Source: a virus. From it: 64,000 nt of DNA. The stretch covers positions 11,503-75,502 of the IMG/VR virus record IMGVR_UViG_3300024302_000005, one strand, 5' to 3'. The position numbers and the translations under genes were made by a program. The notes under the pieces are model-generated. The model was not told the DNA's origin, searched no databases, and saw nothing but the letters and a program-made list of their open reading frames with translations. How positions within the stretch are numbered: position 1 is the first letter of the stretch; each line of letters starts with the position of its first letter. Of the stretch, positions 27,440 to 38,600 are shown in pieces.

Positions 27440-27628
27440 ATGCTACAATACATGTCCGTTTTAACTGATGAAGACACCGGTGCACAGACCTTGATATTCC
27501 AGTTTACGGAAGGGGAATTATCTTTTGAATGCCCCACTGGACTTTCTGCAGCAGAGGCTATTGGCGTATTTAAGGCCTTTGTTTCTGTAGCTGAAGATAT
27601 CATCGAAAACGAAAAGACCATCCACTAA
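27440..27628 (+). CDS. hypothetical protein
   Basis: co-oriented small ORF. Confidence 0.5.
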   Translation: MLQYMSVLTDEDTGAQTLIFQFTEGELSFECPTGLSAAEAIGVFKAFVSVAEDIIENEKTIH

Positions 27629-27686
27629 CTACCCAGCTATTACCTTCGGTAATGCTAATCCATCCATTCATATAAGGAGACTATAT

Positions 27687-28421
27687 ATGTCCACAGAATG
27701 GGACCTGCCAACCAATGTCGAAACTACATCCATCGAGCGTGTCGGTGGTGGTTACGCTTGGGAATCTGGTGTCTATGACACCGTGGTTAAGATGGTATAT
27801 CTTAATCAATCTGCGTCTGAAGCCGTAAGCTTCAATGTCATCCTGGAAAACCAGGCCGGCAAAGAGCTGAAGGAATCTTTCTGGATCAAATCCGGTAAGG
27901 CCAAAGGCAACAAGACGTATTACACCAAAGACGGCAAAGATTATCCTTTGCCCGGTTACTCAGTAGCTAACTCATTGTGCGTGGCCGCCACTGGCGAAAG
28001 CCTGGCCAAGTGCATGGCAACTGCTGAAAAGAAAACCATCAACATCTACAACCCCGAACTCAAGAAAGAAGCTCCTACAGAGCGTCCTGTATTGATGGGT
28101 CTTGCTGGTGTGAAGGTTAAGGTGGCTGTTCATCAGATCACCGAAGACAAAACTGCAAAGAATGAAGCAGGCGACTACGTGGCTACTGGCCAATCTCGCA
28201 CTGTCAACGAATGCAAGTTCTTCGGCAATGAAGCTGGTAAGACCACTGAGGAAATCCTCAGTGACTCCGACGCCACCATGTTCGATAAGTGGGCCGAAAA
28301 GAATACCGGTACCGTTATCGACAAAACCACCAAAGGTACTGCAACAGGCGGAACGTCTGCTGCTGATATCATGGGTGGCGGTACAACCGCACCTGCTGAA
28401 TCTGCATCACTTTTCGGATAA
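27687..28421 (+). CDS. single-stranded DNA-binding protein (N4 gp45-like)
   Basis: GG...ESGVY, GNKTYY.KDGK..PLPGY, C-terminal SLFG; conserved gene order. Confidence 0.85.
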   Translation: MSTEWDLPTNVETTSIERVGGGYAWESGVYDTVVKMVYLNQSASEAVSFNVILENQAGKELKESFWIKSGKAKGNKTYYTKDGKDYPLPGYSVANSLCVAATGESLAKCMATAEKKTINIYNPELKKEAPTERPVLMGLAGVKVKVAVHQITEDKTAKNEAGDYVATGQSRTVNECKFFGNEAGKTTEEILSDSDATMFDKWAEKNTGTVIDKTTKGTATGGTSAADIMGGGTTAPAESASLFG

Positions 28422-28879
28422 TGCGGGTCTGCGGTATAGATCCAGGTAACAATGGAGCTCTATGTGTTTTGGATACTAATCGTCCAGGGCATGTAGAGCT
28501 ACTGGATATCGCCAAGTCTACCACATACTTGATGACTCATTGGCTCCATAACCAACAGGTAGATATTGTCTGGAGAGAGGATGTTCATTCCTTATTCGGC
28601 ATGTCTGCTAAATCTAATTTTGGCTTCGGAAGAAGCGTAGGTATCGTTACCGCGGTATCTGAGATCGTGACCAAAGGTATTGTAGCTAAAACCGTAACCC
28701 CTAAGGTATGGCAAAAATACGCCGGGGTAACAGCCAAGGGCAAGGCAATCAAAAAAGAGGTGAGCTTAATAGCCACCACCTTATACCCATTAGCTAATAT
28801 TTACGGACCGAAAGGAGGCCTACTTGATGGCCGCTCGGACGCACTATTAATAGCCCATTACGGGGTTAACCACTCTTAA
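28421..28879 (+). CDS. RuvC-like Holliday junction resolvase
   Basis: GIDPGNNGA, EDVH, F.FG, P..WQK, DGRSDALLIA. Confidence 0.88.
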   Translation: MRVCGIDPGNNGALCVLDTNRPGHVELLDIAKSTTYLMTHWLHNQQVDIVWREDVHSLFGMSAKSNFGFGRSVGIVTAVSEIVTKGIVAKTVTPKVWQKYAGVTAKGKAIKKEVSLIATTLYPLANIYGPKGGLLDGRSDALLIAHYGVNHS

Positions 28880-28889
28880 GGAGAGTAAG

Positions 28890-29510
28890 ATGAAGATCGA
28901 AATTAACATCGATATCGAAGCTATTGTTCGTGAGGAGATCCGCAACTTTGTTCGTGAGAACCTCGTAATCAACAATGTTGTTGGTGCTCGAAATGCTGCC
29001 TCAGCCAGTGCAGCTACAGTAGGTACCTCTGATGAAGTATCCGTCACAGTTACACCTGAAGTACAGGCACCATCTGCTACCAAGTCCAAAGGACCTTCTG
29101 GTGGCGGTGAGTGGGAGTATGCTGCTAAGATCGGCAAACGTCGTTCCAAGGCAGACATTGCCCTGCACGATAAGGAAGTAGCTCTTGATCGGCTGCTGAC
29201 TCCGGAAGAAAAAGGGATCGAAGCAGCCCATGTGGAAATCAATGAGCAGACTGAAGTTGATGCCAAGGCAGCTGAGAAAGAGCGTGTACGAATTGACGCT
29301 ATGGCTCAAGAGGGCCTGGATGCAGCTACAGCTGAAGCAGAGGCAGAAGCGGCAGCAGCAGCTGCTGAAGGACCTGCAGATGATGATAGCGCAGCTGAGG
29401 GCGATGCAGAGGCATCAGTCGAAGTTTCAGACGAGACGGAGACTGTAATCCCGGAGGGCGAGCAAATCCCAAAGTCAGAGCCGTTAGATACCCAATCTCT
29501 GTTTGACTAA
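28890..29510 (+). CDS. acidic low-complexity hypothetical protein
   Basis: AAGGAG SD; Ala/Glu-rich; ends in SLFD. Confidence 0.7.
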   Translation: MKIEINIDIEAIVREEIRNFVRENLVINNVVGARNAASASAATVGTSDEVSVTVTPEVQAPSATKSKGPSGGGEWEYAAKIGKRRSKADIALHDKEVALDRLLTPEEKGIEAAHVEINEQTEVDAKAAEKERVRIDAMAQEGLDAATAEAEAEAAAAAAEGPADDDSAAEGDAEASVEVSDETETVIPEGEQIPKSEPLDTQSLFD

Positions 29511-29680
29511 TGTGGAAAAACATTAAGTATTTCCTCTACACCCTGATTACTCTCGCCGTAGGTATCCCAGTGTTACTGGGCCTATGGTGGAGCATTCAGG
29601 TTGTTGTAGTCATCATCATCGGTGGACTAGTGTTTGTTGTTTACAAAATTTTAGATACTGAGCAAATTAAAAAGTCTTAG
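29510..29680 (+). CDS. small membrane protein (56 aa), not in the ORF track
   Basis: TAATG coupling; MWKNIKYFLYTLITLAVGIPVLLGLWWSIQVVVVIIIGGLVFVVYK...; overlaps the 3' end of the vRNAP gene. Confidence 0.6.
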   Translation: MWKNIKYFLYTLITLAVGIPVLLGLWWSIQVVVVIIIGGLVFVVYKILDTEQIKKS

Positions 29681-32600
29681 TAAACCAATCCCAGACATCT
29701 TCGACGTTAGATGGGCCAGCTATTGTAGAGGCTGAATCTAGCAGGTCACCTTGTCCCAACAATGTTGGCATGAGGTTGCCTGTTAGAGGTCCGCTAGCGT
29801 TAGCTAAGGTCTCTACATCCAGGCCATACTGCATGCCAGCTGCAACACCAATACCAGTTGGCGATCGCTGCAGCATGTTACGCACTGATCTAATATTACG
29901 AAGCTTATAGGTCAGGAATGGTGAGAAGCCCATGGAGTTTAGTACCTCCAGGATCGGGTGCATATTCTCATCAAACAGTACGAACTGATCGATAGCATCA
30001 TGCAGTGCGTCCTCAAAGGACTGCCCTTTCACATCCACTGCATGGCTAATCATTACATACCTACCCAAGAAATCAGTGATTTGCACGATTTTCTTGTGGG
30101 TACGGTAGACCTCACTATCTCTGTGCAAGACGATATTCTTCGCAATAGACGTCAGCTGACTAGGTATTTTGTCAGTATATTGTGTAACCTTATCCTGCTG
30201 CATGACACTGTTCATCCGGTTTAAATACCCCTTGGAAGATGACGTATTTACGTCCTCCACCACTAGGGAGTTAAGACCGAATGCGCTGAGCAGGTGAATA
30301 GGGTTATTATTCACTTCAGCTGTTACAGCATCATACTCAGATTGCACTTTAGGCTTCTCGAGTACCGAGGCTACTTGCAGCTTTTGATGCAGATCTCTCT
30401 GCTTCTCGGTATCTGCCTCATATCTAATATACGCTTGATACCCTTCCCGCATCTTCTTAGCAGTGTATGCTGGGGAAATTCCGCGGATGGTTAGAGCCAG
30501 CAGGTTACTGACAAAGTTGTTAATCACCACCATCAATGTGGCCATTACAACACGCTCCATACCGAAGGACATTACCTCTCGGATGCCAGCATATCCCCTC
30601 CGAATAAACGTCTTCATCCAACCTAAAGATTCATTCTGCAGGAACTCAAGGTTAGCCGGGTTCAGGGCACTATACCCAAATGTCTTATACACAATATTTT
30701 CACGCACCATGAACTTACCGTCCAGGGAGAATTTGTGCATGTACTCTCTGACCTCCCTAGGGAGCTTACGGTACTGCTCATGATACTTGGACTTAGGATC
30801 CAGGATATCCACAAACATCTTCTCATTGCCTGGATACACCTTCACCCACTCTTCGCCCAATACGTCTATAGTGGCTTTGTCTGCATCAATAGTGTTCTTC
30901 TTATTGATGTAGGAAGACCTCATGTGAGCAAACACATTCTGAAATTCCATATCAGGTTGGAAGATAGCTTCTACGCTATCTGCATTCATGATTACCCGGT
31001 AATCAACGATGTTATTCTTGCCATCCCGGATAGGGCTGAGACGTTGCTCTTCGTCTTCAATACCCATCTTCTCCAGATTTGATTCCCTCTTGTGGATCTT
31101 GGCAATGTGGGCCCGGATCGCAGATATATCTGGTGTCTTATCGGCTTTCTGGAACTTCTCATTTTTAGCTAAAATATCAGACAATAAGGTACCGCTGTGA
31201 TGCAGACCAGTTGTCGACAGGATACCCGATACGTGGCGGTTCTCAGGCATCGATCTAGACACATACATCACGTTATGGGCCTGAGGTACTCCAGGGATGT
31301 TACCCATCTTGTAAACGTGTGGGTAGCCCTTCCTGGCCATGGCTTTACGTTCCTCTGGAGTATCTACTCCAGTGATCATGTCGGTCAGGTCATCAATACG
31401 ATCTACAGTGAAACCCTTCTGGGTCTGGATACCGTTACCGTCAAATAGATTATCTAAAGACATAGCTACGAATGCCCTGTGCCTATTCAGCATAAACTCA
31501 AAGGCGTTGGTATCCGGATCAGCTTCGAGCTCTCTGGCCATCATATCTTTGACCACTGCATTATCTTCGCTCTTCTGACTAAGCAATGCAGACAGTGTAG
31601 CAATGGCATCCATTCTGCGGATGGTATTTGCGTTTAAGGCATCACCAGTAAGATACGTGGCCGCTATTGTGGATACGTTAAAATGCCCTTGTGGACGTTT
31701 ACGCTTCTTGGTAGCCAAGAAATACCCCAACTCCATGGTGTATTTGAATGCCATAGATGTAGATTTAAGATTAGATGCTTTAGCTAATTTCTTGATCTCT
31801 TGCTTAATTAGAGCAGGATTGCCGATCAGCTTAACGATTTGCTGTGGTGTCATGCCTACGTCGTCAGCCAGTAGGCTCTGCAGATCAGTCTTCAATACCA
31901 CGCGGGTAATAGCTTCACGAGCTTGTTTGCTGATCTCTTCCGAGTTAACAGATTTCCATGCAGCATTCATGGTGCGCACGGAATCTCGCTCCACTTGTTG
32001 GAATAGCTTGTTAATATTCACCTTGGCAAACAGCAACCGCTTAATAAGCTTGAGCGTAAGAGCTCCTTTGCCTACTTCATCAGCCAATGCTTTAGTGAGA
32101 CCGGTGATCTGACTGTACCCAGCAGTCACCATGGCGTCCCTAGCTGCACCTTCACCGAGAGCAGCGACACCAATAGCAGCAGCTGATCGGGAAACCTTAC
32201 CCAGTGCGTTATTAGGAGAAGCCTTAATAGCTTTGTGCACTGCAGCAGAGATGAACTCTCTGATCATCTTATCAGAGCCACGTACCAGATCTCTTGTCTT
32301 GGTCTCTAGCTTACTGGCTTGGGAATCATGCCTAGTCTGGATATCAATGAGAGATACCAAAATAGCTAGCGATTCCTCATGCGCATTCTCTTTGTTCTTA
32401 CGAAAGATTACTCGAGTAAACGAATCTACTATTAGATCAATCAGGTGGACAAACCGGCCAGCTAAGGTCGTACCGCGGTCAGGCAATACCGTTGTGAAGC
32501 TTTGAGTGATCCGGATCATCGCAGGATTAGTAGTGGCATACGCCAAGAATTCTTCAGGGAGATGAGCAGCATCTGGACCAAATACATAATTGTATTGATC

Positions 32601-35600
32601 CTTAGCTAGCTTGATCTCACTCGGAGTAGCAGTACCTGGGATATGGCTGAGGAAGGCTTTAAATCCTCCCTGCTTATCGACAAGCTTCTTGGTCTGCTTA
32701 CGCACCTCACGGATCTGGTCACCTATCAGAGGGTTATCCCGAATAGCCTGAACAGTCATGGCATGCAGCAGTTCATGCGCATACACCTCCTGAGGAGAGT
32801 ATTCGTTACGATTACCAGGCAACTGCCTGCTCAGAGATACCGTCATACGCTTGTTAACGCTATCGTAGGCACCTTGAGTAACCCCATTGATCTGTTCCAC
32901 CGTCATACGGACAGCACCTATGGAGTCCAATCCTCGGCCCATTGTGTCGATAATACGCTGTAGTGTAGCAGAGTGAGAGTCCATCTCTTGCTGGGTACCG
33001 TAATAATGGCGAGAGATGTTCTTAAAGCGAGAGAGCAGAGCAGTGACACTAGCCTTCGTAATATCCTTGGAGAACACCGTCTTCTCATCGCTTTTCTCTT
33101 GGTTACCCAGAGAATTATACGCCTCTACCACAGCCTTTATGTCAGCATCGATAGTAGCTTGGGTCTCTCCAAGATCTACCGTTACCTCGTACTTACGTAG
33201 CTCAGCTTCCATCTTGGCAATGTTGCCATCATAGGCTGCTCCAACTTTGGCACGATAACCTTCCAAAATAGTGGTGTTATTCGTGGTATCCCCAGTCAGC
33301 AGACTAATAATTATTTCTCTTACATTAATCCGATCTTCCGTAGGGAACATCTCTTTGAGGGTCTCGGTCATTCCGCCGATGTACGGGTTATTTATGCTGT
33401 CTGCCAAAGCTATATTCACAAAATCACGAGCTGTTTCAGCAGTGTACTGAGCTAATATATTAGCTACTTCGTGAGGAGAATTGTTTCTGAACATCCCAGT
33501 AATGTAGTTACGCACGGAATCTGCAAGCCTAGCTACTGCAGGGTGGATCAGGAACATGGCCATCTTGTGAGCAGTACCAGCTGCCTGGATCTCTGCTACA
33601 GCAGAGTCCATGGACTTACCAGCTTCAGGGTTAGTCTCGGACATATTAGGAATATACATCTGACTGGGCTCTAGACCCTCTGTAGATTCGATTTCTCTTA
33701 GCTCATCCTTCTTCTGAGTGGCTTCATTAGCATGTGAGATAACTACCTGCCGCAGCTCTGCAACATCTTTTTTATCTGTTCCTTCTAAAAACCGGTTAAC
33801 GTGCGCAGTGTCACGGATCCAGTTTTCTACCTCTGTCATCAAGGCAGTCCCGTTATCCGCATCCAACTGCTCAGTTGCAATAAGGACCTTCTCCATCTGA
33901 TCTTTCATGATCAGAGACAAGTTCACATCAGGAGAGAGACCTAACCGCTTAAACTCTGCATTATATATTTCAGCAAATTCTGCTAATAGCTCAGGACGAC
34001 CAAATGCTGCATCGTACAGTGGCAGAAGGTGAGGTACTTTATCTAATGACAGAGCCAGCAAGGCAGCATCCGTATTGATAATACCTCGGATCAGCGCGCT
34101 AACTCCAGGTGCACTAAACGTCTGTTGCCGGGCAGTAGCCGTGACATCTCGGGTACCTCCGTCAACGTGATCTTGCACACGAACACTTACGGTATGAGCG
34201 TTGCTATCAGACTTATCCGATACCCGTTTACTCATATCAATAAATGAGTCTACGCCTGCGTCAGACAATGGGCCCTTATATTGTGGCAGCCACTTCTTCA
34301 GCCCATCCTGAACTAGAGCAACCGTCTCAGATTCAGTAAGGCTAGATCGTTTTTCATCAGCTAGTTTTTTATCCCTAGCTGCAATGAAATGTGCCATGAA
34401 TACGGCATGCATGATCTCACCGGCTTGAACCACAGCCATCCGGTAATCCTTGGTATCTCCAAGGAGAGCATCCAATCCTCGAGCTAATCTAGGCTCAATG
34501 ATTTGCTTGATTACATTCTGGAAGATCTCTTCGTTAAACTCATGCCCCTTATGCATGTTGTTCTTGATCTTGTTGCCTACATTGTTGCCCATACCCAGGA
34601 CATCCAACTGGCGTTCAAACTCTTCAATCTGCTTAGCACCCTCTACTTTGTCAGCAATATAGAGCCTACGCAGTACACCAATCTCTTGGTATAGATGAGA
34701 GATAATAGTTTTGGCCACCCCAGTAGCTACGGCAGGATTGCCGGCACCATACTGAGACATGACGAAAGGATACTTAGCTAGATCTCGTGCATCCTGATCA
34801 GCTAGGTCAGGGAACAGGTAAGCAAGAGCCTGTGACCGTGCTACGTACGTCTCAGACAGCTTATCCAACCAATCCTGATCTTTGCCCTTCTCTTCTTCAT
34901 GGTACGTAAGGGCTACGTCCATTCCGGAATAGTGCTGAATTAGTGCACCCAGATCCATATAGGTATCGACAGGGATCTTGTCCCCATCATCCCTATCCTT
35001 ATTAAGGGCGTGGATACCCCCCTCAAGGTGGGTGGTTTCCTCAGGTGTTTTACCAATATACACCGCAGTCTGGTTAAGGTGCTTCTCCAGAGTTTCCCGA
35101 TCATTAAATGTAGGGAACTGGAATATGTTGATAGCAAACCCGTTAGCTACACCATCAATCTCCGCAGGGATATCAGACTCGAAGTTCATCTTGGGAGCTT
35201 CTGGGGCTACGGGAATAGCTTCACCGGTAGCCTTGGCGGTTTCTACTGCAACAGCATGCTTATCCATCGCCGTCATATGCGCCTTCCAGGCAGCATGGTA
35301 AGGAGCGTATATGGATAGGGCATGCAGGCCACCCAGGAGAGAGATATCAGCTCCTGAATATGGGCTATTTTCTTTGGTGTACAGTTTCAGAACTACAGCA
35401 TTAAATTTCTCCATGTCCACTTTAGACATGTTGGAGTCAGCTGCCCTAAGAAGAGCTATGGCTTCCTGGATATCAGCATCTTCCATGTACTCATTGAAGG
35501 TGCTTACGATATTCACCGGTACCCGCTTATCTACTTTGTAGCCTAGGGCGTACATCGCAGCGAACTGGAACAGGTGCAGGTTCTCTTTGGTAAATGTGGT

Positions 35601-38600
35601 CGTCCCCTGTGGAGCAACGGCCCACCGCGTAAAGTGACTGTTCTGTGGGTTTACACCCAGACCAACCTGCATAATACGATGCTGAGACTGCAGGGCGTAT
35701 TTGAAGAAGAAGTTCTTCAGTTTGCCTGCCGTGCTAAATTTAAGAACACTATCCAGTGCATCTGTCTTACTGCCATTAGAGGCATTGGCCGAAGTAACAT
35801 ACGCCTTGGTGTCTGTTTTCTCATCTACGGGAACAACCCCCATCAGGAGTTCTACGGTACCCCGGAAATCTTCAGACATTGCAGCTATTAACGGCAACGT
35901 AGAGGTTTCACCCCAGACTACATTCTGCAGTTTCTCTAGCACTTCACGCATCTTCTTTGGAACATCACCAAAGGATCTGCGGATGCTGCTAGCCGTAAAC
36001 TTTGCAGGAGCCTGCAAAGGAGCTGAATTAGAGTCGTTCTCTGCACCATCAGTCAGCACACTAATTGCTGCATTATTTAGTTCAGTGCTTTTCTCGAGCT
36101 CCTCTACGGAACCCTGCTCAACAGCGTGAGTAATATGTTTGTATTGCTGTCCGTGAGTAAAGTTCCTGCCATCACCTTCTTCGGATTCAGCAACTTCTTT
36201 AGCTTGTTGGGGCGTATACCCAAAATCCCATTTGCCGACGTTAACATTAATGAATGCTACGGTACTGCCAGGAACCTGTGCTTCGTTATTTATGATCTCA
36301 AAGGCCATGGATCCCAGGGCAGTACCTAAAGAATCCACGTAAGCAGCAGTGTATTTACTGCTAGCTGAAATACCCAGGGATGCCAGGATGACATTAGCTA
36401 CAGACTGCACAGCTTGTTTGTGATCTAGGCCGACCCCTTCGAGGGCATTATAGTCAGTTGCAGATAGTGCCCTACGCCGATCGCCGTACAGGAACTCCCC
36501 TTTTTCTTGGTCTGAAGATAGCGGATTATCATTAGTATTTTGAGCAATCCAGTTCTGAGCACCCATCATCAAGGCAAACACCACCTGAGGGGGCAGCACG
36601 GCTTCCCCTGTGAGCACTGTCTTACCGTCTTCGACTTTGGTAGAGAACTGCTCAAGGAGCCTCAGAGGGGTCTTCAGGGCAGGGGCAAAGCCATTACCTG
36701 CTATGTAATCGTCAGAAGTAACCAGATTAGCGTAGGCAGCAGCGTAAGCAGTATACCGGTTAGCGTACAGCTCAGCGCCTTCATCACTTAGCCCGATAGC
36801 CCGCAAGGCATCCATCAGTGTCTGAGGACTGTTGAAAGCCTCTGACGGGATGTTAAACAGCCCTACCCGCTTCTTGGTAATTTTTACCAGTTCAGCGAAG
36901 GTTTTATTCTTGAGGGTAATACCTGATTTGGTAGAACCCATGATCTGCTGATTAACGAATTCGGATACGAAGCTTACCGTAGCATCCAATACAGGCAAGG
37001 TTTCGGTCAGGATGAGTTTCTTAAACTCACCTGCCTTCTTGCCTACCTTAGTACCCGCCTTTTTAATGGGGGTGCTGAAAGTCTCGTTAGCTTGCCCGGT
37101 CTCTACCAGCAGCATACCACTGGCTTCGAACACCTGACCTAACAAGGTATTGTCTGTTTTAGCTAGACCTAACAATTTAGAGACACTGGCAACCAACTGA
37201 GACCAGATAGAGCCCTTGGGCTTAGCTGCATTAGGTAGATCGATTGCCTTCATATCCATCAGCAGACGCTGAAGATGCTTGTTGGTCAGGCCGTACGTCA
37301 TTAACTCGTCAGCATGCTTAATTGTAGTGAGCCTATTAAGCATGCTTTTATCATAGTCAGAAACATTATTAGCAGGATCCGCAACATACTCTTTGATGTG
37401 CGCAGCAATGGCTTCTAGTTGAGCTACAGCATCTCGTTGAGTTTGACTGTTAGGGGATTTGAATGCACTAACGGCTGCCACATGCAGTAGTTCATGCAGA
37501 GTAAGCTCTTCATTTAAGGCACCGGGACTAAGCGTAACTAGCTTAGCAACTACTTCTCCGGTTCCCTCTATAAGATCGTAGTCAACATACCCGTCAAATT
37601 CTTCATCTTCTCGCTGTACTCGCACACCTGTGTATTGAACCTTTACAGCACCTACTTTACCAACCAAGGCTTTAGCGAGCTCTACATAGGCGGGGTTAGT
37701 AGCTGTATCAATAAGCTGCTGAAGCAAGACATTCGCTGTTGTGCCCTTCTTGATTAGGGCAATTACTTTGTCCGTTAAACTAGCGGAGTCATAGTCCTTC
37801 TGGCGTTGGGTTAGCTCGGTAGTGCTGGCAGCAGTAACCGTGCCTTCAGGAGCACTTTCCACCTTCTCTGTGGTGTCTGCACCGACATTGGTATTCTGTG
37901 AGCTAAAGTTAATGGAGTCCGCGGACACTTCAGTAGAGCCGGCATTCCTATTAGCAGAATGCATAACCAACTTATCCGTAGGACGGCTGGTAGCCACATA
38001 GAGTGCCTGATAGCTATTCTTGGGAGAACCATTGGTCCACCCGCCAATGCTATTCAGGCCATCCTCCATAACATACACATTACGGTACGTAGAGCCTTGG
38101 GCCTTCCAGGCAGTGATCGCGTATGCAGGATGCATCTCGATATTAGCTATGCGAGATACAGCGACATTCTGCTCTTTGAACTTGGTGTACTGCTCTGCAT
38201 TTAGACGTTTTTTAGCCTTAGCGTATTCAGCTGAAATAGCCTCTTGCAACGTCTTTCCATCAGGGAAAGTATCCGTATCAGTTACAGCAGGAATTCGTGT
38301 TTTTATTTCCTCGCCGTTAATAAGGTCCCTCATCAGGACCTCTTGATACGGAATAGATACCCCTTCAAATTCCAGGTGCTCCACCTCACCTACTTCAAGG
38401 ATTTCATATTCACTACTATTCCAGATAGCTGCATCGCCCTCATCCTTGGGCTGCAACTTCACAGTGGAATAGGACATCAACACATCACCTACAGCATGGA
38501 TGCCGTAGACACGGGTATCGCCAAACAACCGCTCAAAGATATCTCTGTTCAGATTAAAGACAGAGGCACCTTGGTTCCGATTATTCTCATTAAATGCCGT

